In this document: in pieces, positions 40,771 to 50,800 of the stretch
How positions within the stretch are numbered: position 1 is the stretch's first letter
Layout of the letters: each line of letters starts with the position of its first letter
NCBI GenBank assembly: GCA_051599415.1
Contig: AP039710.1
Coordinates: 124,001-188,000, forward strand
Length of the DNA: 64,000 nt
Direction of reading: 5' to 3'
From: Savitreella phatthalungensis
Taxonomy: Eukaryota
Notes under the pieces: model-generated
Databases searched by the model: none
What the model was told of the DNA's origin: nothing
The model's input: only the letters and a program-made list of their open reading frames with translations
Program-made: the position numbers and the translations under genes

Positions 40771-42738
40771 CTATAGCTTGGCACCAGCGCTGAACCCGCG
40801 AGCAACCTCCGGCATGTGTCGGAGGTAGCGTTCCCATCCGGGAACAACACTGCCAGGCAGCGCAGTCGTGTTGATCGGGTTCTTCTCATTCACCTGCTTC
40901 CACAGAGCATCGTACACAGCACCGTCGTGTCTGCCCAAGCACGAGTTGAGCTCAAAGTCCGTAAATCCAAAGGCATCCGTCAGCGGAACAGCTAGCGAAT
41001 CCAGCGCACCGAGCGCTTTCGGCCAAGCCTCGTACCGCAACCGGTGACACGACGCAGGACTCGGCAGCAGACCAGGCCGCTCCGACAAGTCTGTGAGTGC
41101 TTCAATCGCGTTCGAGAGGAGGTAGATGTGTCCGAGTGGGTGTAAGGGTTGCGGAGCGGTGTCGAAGAACTGGATGGCGGTGTAGTGCTCGATGAAGGCC
41201 TTTGTGAGTCTGACGCAGAGGAAGTTGAGGTCGTTCCAAGGTCGAGATTGAGCCTGCTCACCGAGCTCAAGCAGGATGGACGCCGTCCGCCGACACAACA
41301 ACGCCAGCACAGCATCCCGAGAATCCCAATCAACATCTCCAGTCTCAGCGGAACCACCGACAATCTCCTGGACAGCCTCCCCGAGTGGTCGGAAGCACGA
41401 CATCGTCGGCTTTCCAGACATCCCGTTCTGCAGGTTCTTCAGCAGGCCGCGCGCAGTTTGCTGCGTCAGCACATAGTTGTCACCCTCGTACGTCTGGCCA
41501 GGGACCTCTCTGGCGAAGCGCTCGCCAATGCCAGAGTACATCGAAAAGCCATGACCGCCGAGCGCCTTGCGCGATTCCTCCATGCCGTCTGCAACGCGCC
41601 ACGACAGGGACGCCTTGAGACCAGCCGTGAGCAGGTGGACTTCTGCGAGGAGGGAGGCGTCGTGTGGTGGAGCGACCAGCTTCGCGAGCATCTCGCGGTA
41701 CAGGGACATGGTGGTGTGGCCGGTGAGGACGTAGACGTAGGCGCGCGCGAGGATCGGAAACAGCCGCTCGCGCACCGAAGAGTACTTGATCACCTGCTGC
41801 TCCACACCATCCTTCCCAGAGAACTGCCGCCGCACAGTCGTGTACCGCACAGCAATCGTTGCGCACTTCGCAAGCTCGAGACCCTGGACGAGCGGCATGC
41901 CAGCACGCAGAGCAACCATCGAGCCATACCCGATTTTCGCGTGCTTCGCAGGCGTGTACACACCCTCCCGAGAAAGGCTGGCGTACCGGCACAGGAAGTT
42001 CTCGAGCGGTACGCGGACCTTGTCGAATCGAGCAAAACCGTTGTCGTTCATATTGAAGCCGCCGTAGTGTTTCGGTCCGATGTCGCCAATCACAATTCCA
42101 GGCAGAGTCTTGTGAGTCTGCAGGTCTCTCAGCTGGACAATGAACAGGTGCGGCCCAAGTGACCTGCCCTTCACAATCAGCTGCGCCTGCACCACAGCGT
42201 GGTTGGCAACGGTCCCGAGGCCGCCCACCCACCACTTGGCAGCCGTCACCGAGGGTGACTGCAGGATCAGTTCACCATTTTCAAATGTCGCCGTCGTCTC
42301 GAGACCCTGGACGTTCGATCCGTGGCCGAGCTCTGTCTGAGCGTAGCACCCAACGACTTCCATATCCAGACACCTCGGCAGCCAGCGAGCGATCTGTTCG
42401 TCGCTGCCCTGGCTCTTCAGAACAGGAATAAAGGCATTGAAGTGAAGACCGTAAGGGACATGGTCATCCACGAGCATCATCGCCGTCTCGAATTGCTCCT
42501 GAGACCATCGGTGGTCACGACGGAGCTCCAATAGTCGCAACTGGATCGCATACCCACGCTCCAACAGCTCAGACCGAGACAAATGCCGCCGAGCATCCTT
42601 GTCGAACACAGGGTCGTTAGATAGGATAGGTACGACCGCATCGATCGCCTCACGCCGACCTTCAGGCCATAGCACAGATGTCAACGAAGGCAATGAAGCC
42701 GTCGACCGAGCTGCTTTGAGATCCTCTTGCTGTGTCAT
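40771..42738 (-). CDS. POX1: Peroxisomal acyl-CoA oxidase
   Basis: ATG 42738. Motifs GCYAQTELGHGSNVQGLETTATF, AAKWWVGGLG, GDIGPK, RKALGGHGFS and TYEGDNYVL; C-terminal PTS1 tripeptide AKL. Confidence 0.94.
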   Translation of the reverse strand: MTQQEDLKAARSTASLPSLTSVLWPEGRREAIDAVVPILSNDPVFDKDARRHLSRSELLERGYAIQLRLLELRRDHRWSQEQFETAMMLVDDHVPYGLHFNAFIPVLKSQGSDEQIARWLPRCLDMEVVGCYAQTELGHGSNVQGLETTATFENGELILQSPSVTAAKWWVGGLGTVANHAVVQAQLIVKGRSLGPHLFIVQLRDLQTHKTLPGIVIGDIGPKHYGGFNMNDNGFARFDKVRVPLENFLCRYASLSREGVYTPAKHAKIGYGSMVALRAGMPLVQGLELAKCATIAVRYTTVRRQFSGKDGVEQQVIKYSSVRERLFPILARAYVYVLTGHTTMSLYREMLAKLVAPPHDASLLAEVHLLTAGLKASLSWRVADGMEESRKALGGHGFSMYSGIGERFAREVPGQTYEGDNYVLTQQTARGLLKNLQNGMSGKPTMSCFRPLGEAVQEIVGGSAETGDVDWDSRDAVLALLCRRTASILLELGEQAQSRPWNDLNFLCVRLTKAFIEHYTAIQFFDTAPQPLHPLGHIYLLSNAIEALTDLSERPGLLPSPASCHRLRYEAWPKALGALDSLAVPLTDAFGFTDFELNSCLGRHDGAVYDALWKQVNEKNPINTTALPGSVVPGWERYLRHMPEVARGFSAGAKL

Positions 42739-43284
42739 ATTCCTCGGCACGAGTCAAAGGGTCAGCAACAGTACCTAGTGACAGACAGAAGACCGTCGAC
42801 TCGGAGCGTGAAGTCTAGGAAGATGAAGGTCTTGGAGTGAGATATATCCTCGTAGACCTCTGCCGGCAGCTGCCGACGACGATCTTCTCCATCTTTTTTT
42901 AACTTCAATCCACTCAGAAGGGATTCCGGGGTAAATGGCCAGCAGGCAAGCCGCACGGACGTAGCACAGAATGTGGGGAAGGAGTACCACCAGCAGGCGG
43001 CCAGTCAGGCAGCACTGACTCTGTCACAGCCCTTCCGTCGTCCTCCAGACCTCGAACAGCTCACGCCAAGTCCTTCAATCTCACGTCAGCTCAAGTCAAA
43101 TCCTCCCAGCTTGCTCAAACAGCCAGATGAACCATTGTCAGTCGACATGTGATGATGGACGTCGGTAACCACACGGCTCCGACGAAGCTCTCATCCTTCA
43201 ATCTGTTGTTCATCGTGCCTCAGCTCCATCTCGCCTCTGTCTCATGCTTCCATTCGGCAGTCAAAATAATTCCATAGATGTCCT

Positions 43285-44574
43285 TCACAGGAGAGCATAG
43301 CCTAGGGGTTCAAGGCTAGATCCGATCCCGCTCGGGACATCCTCACGGACCACGCCTCGCTGACTGACCATCGGCAGCTCGACCATCGGCAGTTCGATCA
43401 TCGCCTGTCCAATCCTGCCGTCAGACCAGAGCACGTACAGCTCAGCCCTACCGTCCGGCAAGTCGACAATGTCCATGCCAGCGATACAGAGAGATCTCTC
43501 GGGATCGAAGACGAGGTCAGTGTCTGAGAGTCGTTCACTCGGGTCAAGCCCAGGAGCGGGGATAATGCCTTCGGTGTAAAAGCATCGGCTGTCGGTGTTG
43601 ATGCCGTACAGGTGAACAACCCTTAACTGTCCAAGAACGGCCAGCTTAAGGTTCTTGCTGTAGCAGAGATGTTTGAGCTGGCTGAAGGACTCGTAGAAGT
43701 CTCGCTCTTCCCGCACTACGTGGACCTCTTCTAGATTATCGTCCTCGACGATATTGTTGTTGTCCTCTGTACATCCGCCAATAGGCAGGTAGACGTCGGC
43801 CTCGTCCAGGACCGTCGCTGTCTTGTCAAGCATCAGTAGGTGATTCTCTTCTGCAAGCAGAACAACCCCGATCTCGTCAATCCGAAGGAGTGACCATCCA
43901 GGCTCATCCCTGTCGATCCCATGCATGTCCAGGTACATGTCCTCCCCAGGCTCGAACATGGCTACCCGGCCTGTCATGTCAGCCGCACAGATAGTGTCCC
44001 CGAGGAAGGCGACAGAAGGCACATTGTCTTCCATCGTGACGGACTCCATCCCGCAGAACCCAACCACGTTGCCTCTGTCGTCGTCCGGGTCGAGGTAGTA
44101 GATATCGACTGCGTGTGTGTTGTTGCCTACAGCGAGCATCCTGCCCTCGGCGAACAAATCGCATCCCCAGGCTGACTCTGTGGTCGGGAACGCGAGTGTG
44201 TTTGACATATCCTCAACGTACCGCAGGAGTGCGCCGTGACCATTGCACGTCACCAACACCTCCCTGTCCCCGAGCATGCCGAGCTTCATGTTGGTGATGT
44301 TGTCGTCCGCGAACGGGTGGAACCTGCTACGTCGAGACTCCCCAGCCATCGCTCGCCACCGCGACACAACCTCAAGCCCACACCCAGCACTCACATCAGC
44401 ACGAGAAAACACCAGCACCTCGTTCCCAATCCCAACGTATATCCATCTGAAAGAAACTTGGAGCAGATCCTTTCGCCACCGAAGAGGGGCTACACCGTCA
44501 CCCAGGCGGCCAACAAGCCGCACAGTCCCACAAAACCCAGCACGTCCGTGCCAGAGCTTCTCCCGAGTGCTCAT
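43285..44574 (-). CDS. CRT10-like beta-propeller protein
   Basis: First ATG 44574. ITNMKLGMLGDREVLV, ESAWGCDL...RMLAVGNNTHAVDIY and NVPSVAF resemble the CRT10 family pattern; divergent. Confidence 0.6.
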   Translation of the reverse strand: MSTREKLWHGRAGFCGTVRLVGRLGDGVAPLRWRKDLLQVSFRWIYVGIGNEVLVFSRADVSAGCGLEVVSRWRAMAGESRRSRFHPFADDNITNMKLGMLGDREVLVTCNGHGALLRYVEDMSNTLAFPTTESAWGCDLFAEGRMLAVGNNTHAVDIYYLDPDDDRGNVVGFCGMESVTMEDNVPSVAFLGDTICAADMTGRVAMFEPGEDMYLDMHGIDRDEPGWSLLRIDEIGVVLLAEENHLLMLDKTATVLDEADVYLPIGGCTEDNNNIVEDDNLEEVHVVREERDFYESFSQLKHLCYSKNLKLAVLGQLRVVHLYGINTDSRCFYTEGIIPAPGLDPSERLSDTDLVFDPERSLCIAGMDIVDLPDGRAELYVLWSDGRIGQAMIELPMVELPMVSQRGVVREDVPSGIGSSLEPLGYALL

Positions 44575-44989
44575 ACTCACAAGGGATGAGGAGAAGGTCG
44601 TCTACAATACGCAATCACGCCGAAGGTCCTCCAGGCGCTCGGGAGGGTACGATTACGAGAGCACCTGGTGTTCACAAAGTTGTGCGCTGGAGCATTTAGC
44701 GCTTCGTGTTCTGATCTTGAAAGTATGTGTCCTTGCACGTTGTTCTGTCGCCGTGTAGACAGGTGTCTGTGTGTGACGTCGTGGAAACGCTCACGTGAGT
44801 TCTATAAGAGGAGGTCTATGCGTTACCCTCCTTGTGACCATCTCTATCGAAGATGACTATCTCTATCGAAGATATCGATGCACAGATCAGACGGAACAAG
44901 GTGTGTAAGGTTACATTATGGCTAGTCTGATGGCTGGGCCTGGAGGTCGGGCTTGGCTACAGAAGGAAAGGAAGGGGAGGGCACCTTCA

Positions 44990-47185
44990 CTATGCTAAAT
45001 ATCTGTACATGCGCCTGTCGAGGGCGTCGCGCTCGAGGTACTCTCGTTCGATGAGTGATTCGATCCTGGCCTTGATGGCTGAGGGATCAGGCATGAACTT
45101 GACTGCGAGCTGACGTGTGACTTCGGTGACGAGGTTGTTGTAGTCCATCTGCTGGCGAGCTTTCATCGTCCTTACAATGGCAGCCTCGATCTGGTGCTTC
45201 CGCGTCTCTTCCACTCGAGAAATCGTCTCCTTCCGCTCAGTGTCTGTCTCTGCGCGTCCTGCGACCTGAGCAATCTTGATCCGCACTGTCGGCGCGGTGA
45301 AGGAGTTGTTGACCTGGAAGACGTCTGTCTTGGCGACGTCTCTCGATTTCGGCGTCTTTGTAAGGACGCGGTACTTGCCACACGCTAGCGATTGAAGAGT
45401 TCTCACGAGATCTGCATCTTCAATCCCCGTGGCTGTCTTGATGGCCGCGTACGAGTGCACAGCATCATCTCCAACCGCCATCAGCACCACCATCGCATAA
45501 GTCGATACGTTCAGCTCGTACTTGCGTCCGTTGAATGTAGCGCGGATGTCGGCTGTTCCCTGAGACGGTAGCCAGGTCAACTGCCTGCCGGAGTGACGCT
45601 GCAGATAGTACTGCGTGAAGCTAGCACGAGCTGCCTCGACAGATGCAGGCATCACGCATCCTGATGTGCCCTCGCTCGTCACAGGCCAGTATGTGCTCGT
45701 CAGCACAGACACGCTCAAATCGTCACGTTTGTATTCTCGCGCCATGTCTGCTGATACGCGCATGTCCTTGAACATTCCCTCCATCTTGGAAGTGAATGTC
45801 GAGCCGACCTCGAGCTTCAGCTTACTGATAAGGCCCCGCTCAGCGTCATCACTCACTGATCGGCCACCGAGTAACCGCTTGGCGAGATGCGTCTTGTAGT
45901 ACCGCTCAAAGACGTCCTTGTCGCTGACGAATCTGAAGAGGGCAACAGTCTTGTCAAGCACGTCAGCCACCTCGGCTTCCGTTTTGCCCTTCAGCCCGCG
46001 TTTCATGTGGTCGTCGATGAAGAGCGAGATGAATTCGGGAGCGCGTGGATTACGGTCGACAAAGTCGGAGAAGGCTCTGGTGATTGTGTTGGCGACGTGC
46101 TGGGAGCCTCCATACGCCTCTGTAAGCAGCCGCTCATACCTATCGCGGAGGGCGAGCACATCCTCGACCCATTTGAGCGAGCCCGACCGATCGCAAGGGA
46201 TGGCACTGCCGGCCTTGACGATGATGGTAGACAGCTCTGCGTCGTGCATGATCGTCTCTGGGTCGACAAGTGAGACAAGTCGGAATAGTCGAGACAGGTC
46301 CTCCGTCCGGCCGTCCACCATCCGCGATAAACCAGACTCGTCCTCCAGCAATCGACGCATGTATACCGCCACAAGCTCATGCTCGACCACTCGTCGCAGC
46401 CTGCCAAGCGTCTGGCCCACCAGATAGTGTTCCACCCTTGCGTCCTCCTCCTTCAAACGCCGCTCGGCGTACTGAAGGTATTCGGGCACGCCGACCTGGT
46501 CGATCATCTGGAGTGACTCCTTCTCGTAGAACTCTCGAGTCGATGTGAGTAATATGTCCTCAAACGTCTCGTAGGGCGTGCTGAGGGAAGCGAGGATATC
46601 GACTGTGGACTTCATTGCTGCTCTTGGTACGAGAGCGCCCCTGCGTTCTTCCTCGACCAGGTCAAGCAGGACCTGTGTCAATCTCTCGCCTGTATTGACA
46701 CCAAGCAGTCTGTCTTTGAAGATGACGAGACCTGCTTCGTAGACAACCGGCTCATTTGCCTGCTTGGCATACACCTTGTCAAGGTACATGAGCACGTCTG
46801 ACATCATCATTGTCGAGGTCAGATGATGTGACCAAGCGTCAGAAACAGCAACAAGGTATGCAGCTCTTGCCTCCTGCAGCTCAAGAGGTGTTGCAGCCTT
46901 CCCTATCCTCCTCCATACATGTTCAAGTCCAGCATTCACCTCATCCAAATGACCTTCCACGACGGTCTTGAAGCCGGCATACAGCCGAGCACCGTTCTTC
47001 TTCAGCACAATCCCATAAGCCTTGCGGTAGAGATTCTCAAAAAGGTAATCACCGGCATTCTTTTGATGAATCCCGTGGAAAGCGTCCTCCAATACAGCCC
47101 AAGACGCGTCATATTCTGCAGCAACATCAACAGAAGACTCCTGACGGCGCAAGGGACCTTTGATCTTGCCTTTAAACTTGCTCAT
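44990..47185 (-). CDS. CUL3: Cullin-3
   Basis: 731 aa. FENLYRKAYGIVLKKNG, DVLMYLDKVY, PEFISLFIDD, DKDVFERYYKTHLAKRLL, KMEGMFKDM and neddylation-site motif IEAAIVRTMKAR...SLIEREYLER. Confidence 0.93.
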   Translation of the reverse strand: MSKFKGKIKGPLRRQESSVDVAAEYDASWAVLEDAFHGIHQKNAGDYLFENLYRKAYGIVLKKNGARLYAGFKTVVEGHLDEVNAGLEHVWRRIGKAATPLELQEARAAYLVAVSDAWSHHLTSTMMMSDVLMYLDKVYAKQANEPVVYEAGLVIFKDRLLGVNTGERLTQVLLDLVEEERRGALVPRAAMKSTVDILASLSTPYETFEDILLTSTREFYEKESLQMIDQVGVPEYLQYAERRLKEEDARVEHYLVGQTLGRLRRVVEHELVAVYMRRLLEDESGLSRMVDGRTEDLSRLFRLVSLVDPETIMHDAELSTIIVKAGSAIPCDRSGSLKWVEDVLALRDRYERLLTEAYGGSQHVANTITRAFSDFVDRNPRAPEFISLFIDDHMKRGLKGKTEAEVADVLDKTVALFRFVSDKDVFERYYKTHLAKRLLGGRSVSDDAERGLISKLKLEVGSTFTSKMEGMFKDMRVSADMAREYKRDDLSVSVLTSTYWPVTSEGTSGCVMPASVEAARASFTQYYLQRHSGRQLTWLPSQGTADIRATFNGRKYELNVSTYAMVVLMAVGDDAVHSYAAIKTATGIEDADLVRTLQSLACGKYRVLTKTPKSRDVAKTDVFQVNNSFTAPTVRIKIAQVAGRAETDTERKETISRVEETRKHQIEAAIVRTMKARQQMDYNNLVTEVTRQLAVKFMPDPSAIKARIESLIEREYLERDALDRRMYRYLA

Positions 47186-47722
47186 AGGAGATTATACATC
47201 GATAAAAGTGTGAGTGATCTGTCAAAGAGCCTTAGATCACTTTCAATGACTCTGTAGAGCGTGTTGTCGAGTGCGTTGATGGTGTTGCGTAAGTCTTAGA
47301 TGACGTCTCTTCAGACCTGGTACAGAACTATAGACATACACGTGACCTGGTCTAATCCCGTGCAAGCACAAGGATTGAATCAAATGCACGAATGCAGGAA
47401 GAACCTACAAACCACTACAGGTTACACACCCACCTTTCACCTTTACAACCACATCATCATCCTCCCTATAGTTCTACCTCTCTCTCAGGCTTATCCTGAA
47501 CCCAGTTCTTGTGCGCTTCACCTCCTGACTGAACCTGCTTATAGAGAGTTACAGAGTGCGCTCACAGATACTGAAAATCCCTGAAGTTAAGAGAGATCCA
47601 GGCTGTATACAAGACCAGGGAGTAGTACATCACACGGAGTACAGTCTAGAAGCGATCAAATCTACAGCGCTCCTGCCTGTAGTTGGATTCGCGCTCTAGA
47701 AACCTACGATCTTCCAGAAGTG

Positions 47723-47785
47723 CAAGACGTGGTAGACGTACAAGACGTTCAAGACGATCAAGACGTTCAAGACGATCAAGACGTT
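47723..47785. repeat. 9-bp tandem repeat (CAAGACGTT/CAAGACGAT), ~7 units, just upstream of UBR1
   Basis: caagacgtg gtagacgta caagacgtt caagacgat caagacgtt caagacgat caagacgtt seen directly. Confidence 0.9.
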
Positions 47786-47810
47786 CGAGAGTGACAAGGT
47801 GTATCATGGA

Positions 47811-50800
47811 ATGAGCGCTCTAGAAGTGTTACAGGGATTTGGCGCAGCGTATGGCTGGCGCTGGAATGATCTAGCAAAGACAAGGCTGGCTGAGCTTGTC
47901 TATGACCTAGTCGTATCACACTTCCCTCAAGACCCCTTCTTCCCCTCAAACAGACCGCTCTTCTCGCTTTCCCTTCGACCCCAGCAGGGCATCACGTCTG
48001 AATACGATGACGCTCACGGGAGACCGTGCGGTCATGTGTTTGCCAAGGACGAGACAGTCTTCAGATGTCGAAATTGTGGGATGGACGATACCTGCGTCAT
48101 GTGCCAGCGCTGCTTTCGTGGCAGTAATCATGCAGGTCATGACGTCGTCATGAGCATCAACGCAGGCAGTGGTGGATGCTGCGACTGTGGTGATGCAGAG
48201 GCGTGGAAAACAGATATAGGCTGTTGCTATCACAGCGGTGATAGACTCTCGAGTGATCGACTAAAGGCCGCACTTCCTGTCTCTATCGCTGACCCAGTCA
48301 GGCAGACCATCTCAATGCTTCTTGACTTCTGTCTGCAAGTACTTGCCCGAGCGCCAGACTCCATGCGAGCACCGACAGAGGATGACGTCCTCGCAGATGA
48401 TACGCGAGACTCTTCAGATTTCTCCTGCGTGTTGTGGAACGACGAGAAGCACAACTTTGACGAAGTCATCGATATTGTGAAGCGCGCCTGCCGAAAGCCT
48501 CGGGCATTCGGTCAGAGCACAGCGACGACAGTTGATGCACGAGGCAGAGCCACAGTCTATACCGGTGATTTGGCAGAAGCCTTGCGCATCGCTCGCATGC
48601 TCGGCAGAATACGACTCGGCGTGACCGTTCGAGCTGCATGTGATGTCTTCATGGAGGACATGATTGAGGTCATCGTGGGCATCCTTTATGACCTTGCAAA
48701 TATGACCGACTCGACGGGCGCTCAGCCAGTAAGACAGCTCATCTGTGAGGCCATGACCGGCGAGGTCGACGTCAATGTCGGGGTCAATGCTAACACGAAT
48801 GTGTCCATCAATGAGGCGCTCGGTCTCGTACCGCGGCATTGGTCCAGCTGTCCAGTGATCCCACCCGCCGCAAAACGGTCTCGGCTCGCACAGCTCATGT
48901 TACGCGACCTGAGGCTATGGAAACAGGCGAGGTTGTCGCTGAGAGAGCTCTACATCACCACGATGGTTGCTCTTCCGCACTTCAAGGCCATCATGGGTAC
49001 ATGCTTTGCTCTCAATTACAAGGAGCTCGCTGAGATCTACTTCTTCGCAGACAGAGAACCAGAGCATTCGATGATCATCTTCTCCGTCCAACTCTTTACT
49101 GTCCCAAGCATCACGGCCATGCTCGTGCGCGAGCATCACTTCCTCACACATCTCCTAGCAGTCCTGTATACATACTTCACCACTCAGACGCCCGGCACGC
49201 CCAGAGACGTCGACCCGACAGCCACAGTTGCCACAGACGTCTACACCTTCAGGTGGAAGCGCCACTACCACGCCATCAATGACCTCAAATACATCCTAGC
49301 CACCCCGCTCGTCTACCCACACATCACACATGACATTCTCCTCCAGTTTGTTGACTGGCTCGAATTGTTCCACGGTATGGACGCACAGCAGCGCATCACG
49401 GGCACGCACGTCGAGTACGAGTCAGAGAGCTGGATCTCGGCTTTCAATCTAACGCTGCAGCTCGCGAAGCAGATCGAGTCATTCGCAGCAGCCTTCAAGG
49501 ATCGGCCGGAGGATGCACGTCGTGCAGCAGAGACCATCCTGGAGAGAGTCCAGTTGCGTGCTGAGACACCACGGATGCCACTGTTTGAGCCACGTCAGCT
49601 GCTCCAGGACGAATTGAGAACGCCAGAAGGCCGGTTCCTCAGTTTCCACCATCCGCTCAACTGGCTTCTTTCGAGCCTCGTGCCGCACACTGACAGTGTC
49701 GGCGACCTCTGGGTTGCGTCCGTCGTCTCTCTGAGAGTCATCGTCTGGACATGGGAGATCAGGTGCAGGCAGTGGGTTAGGAACGGTCACAGCATCGTTA
49801 TGCAGATGTGGCATTACACTGAGCCTCTCGTCAGAGAGTTCTGTATCGACAAGGACATCAGACTCGTTCAAGCCTGGCTGTCAGAGAAGACGTGCGACGA
49901 TCGACTCGAGAATCTGCAAGTCCTCGACAAGCGATTCCGAGATGTGTCATGCGTGTTCGGGAGCTTGCCTGCCGCAGACTACACTGGTGTGGATCCTCGC
50001 ATGATTCAGCTTCACCACCATCTCATCCTTTTCCTCATTGGCCTCACCACCGACAGGGACTGGATTCTTGGCTGTACAGACGAGCAGATCGTTGCGAGGG
50101 AACTCCGACATGGACTCGTTTTTGGACCCCGCGCCTACAGCGACCTCATCAAGCTCGTGAGCGAGCGCCATGCAGATGACCCGTGCTTCGAGCGTGCGCT
50201 GACCGCCGTCGCAGATTTCAAGCCACCCGGTGGGCTAGACGACGTCGGCATGTACTCTCTCAAGCCAGGACAGAAGGATCTCGTCGACCCTTACTATTTC
50301 CACTACAGCAGATCGCAATCCGAAGAAGCCGTCGACAAGATCAAGAAAGGACCTTTCCCGCCTCCGGTACCCGCCACAAGCGTCTACGCAGCCGTGGGTG
50401 ACTTCCTCCTCGGCACTGGTGTAGCCGATTGGGTCGTTACCTACTTTGCAACACTCTCGAGCCTGGATGACGAGGGCCGCCAATGCAGGGAATCCCTCAC
50501 AGACGCCGTCGTCCAGCTCTGCCGCCTAGCACTCGAGCAGGCAAAGCATCTAAGACACGACTCCACTGGACCGCAGACGGCTGACTATCTGCGCGAGCAC
50601 TCGCTCTTGCAAGTCTTTTCCAGCGGGACAGTCGTACAGCGCGCGAGAGACCTACAAGAACAGGTCCGGGAGTTCTTTGGACAGCCTATGGAAGTCGAGG
50701 CAGCGGAGGCAGCTCCATCTGACGAGGCTGCGCGGAAGAAGGCGCTTGCACGGGCCCGGCAAGCGAAGCTTCTTTCGGAGATGCAAGCCTCACAGTCTGC

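Noticed and set aside
41149..42162. 337-aa plus-strand ORF
   Set aside because: Antisense to acyl-CoA oxidase; no independent coding signal.
42742..42747. CCTCGG (FarA/Ctf1-type fatty-acid response site) near acyl-CoA oxidase
   Set aside because: Single hexamer only a few bases from the ATG, so inside the transcript leader; likely chance.
47723..47785. Tandem repeat as a CRISPR-like array or UBR1 N-terminal extension
   Set aside because: No spacers and a eukaryotic context; the QDV-repeat reading is out of frame with UBR1 and ends in TGA.
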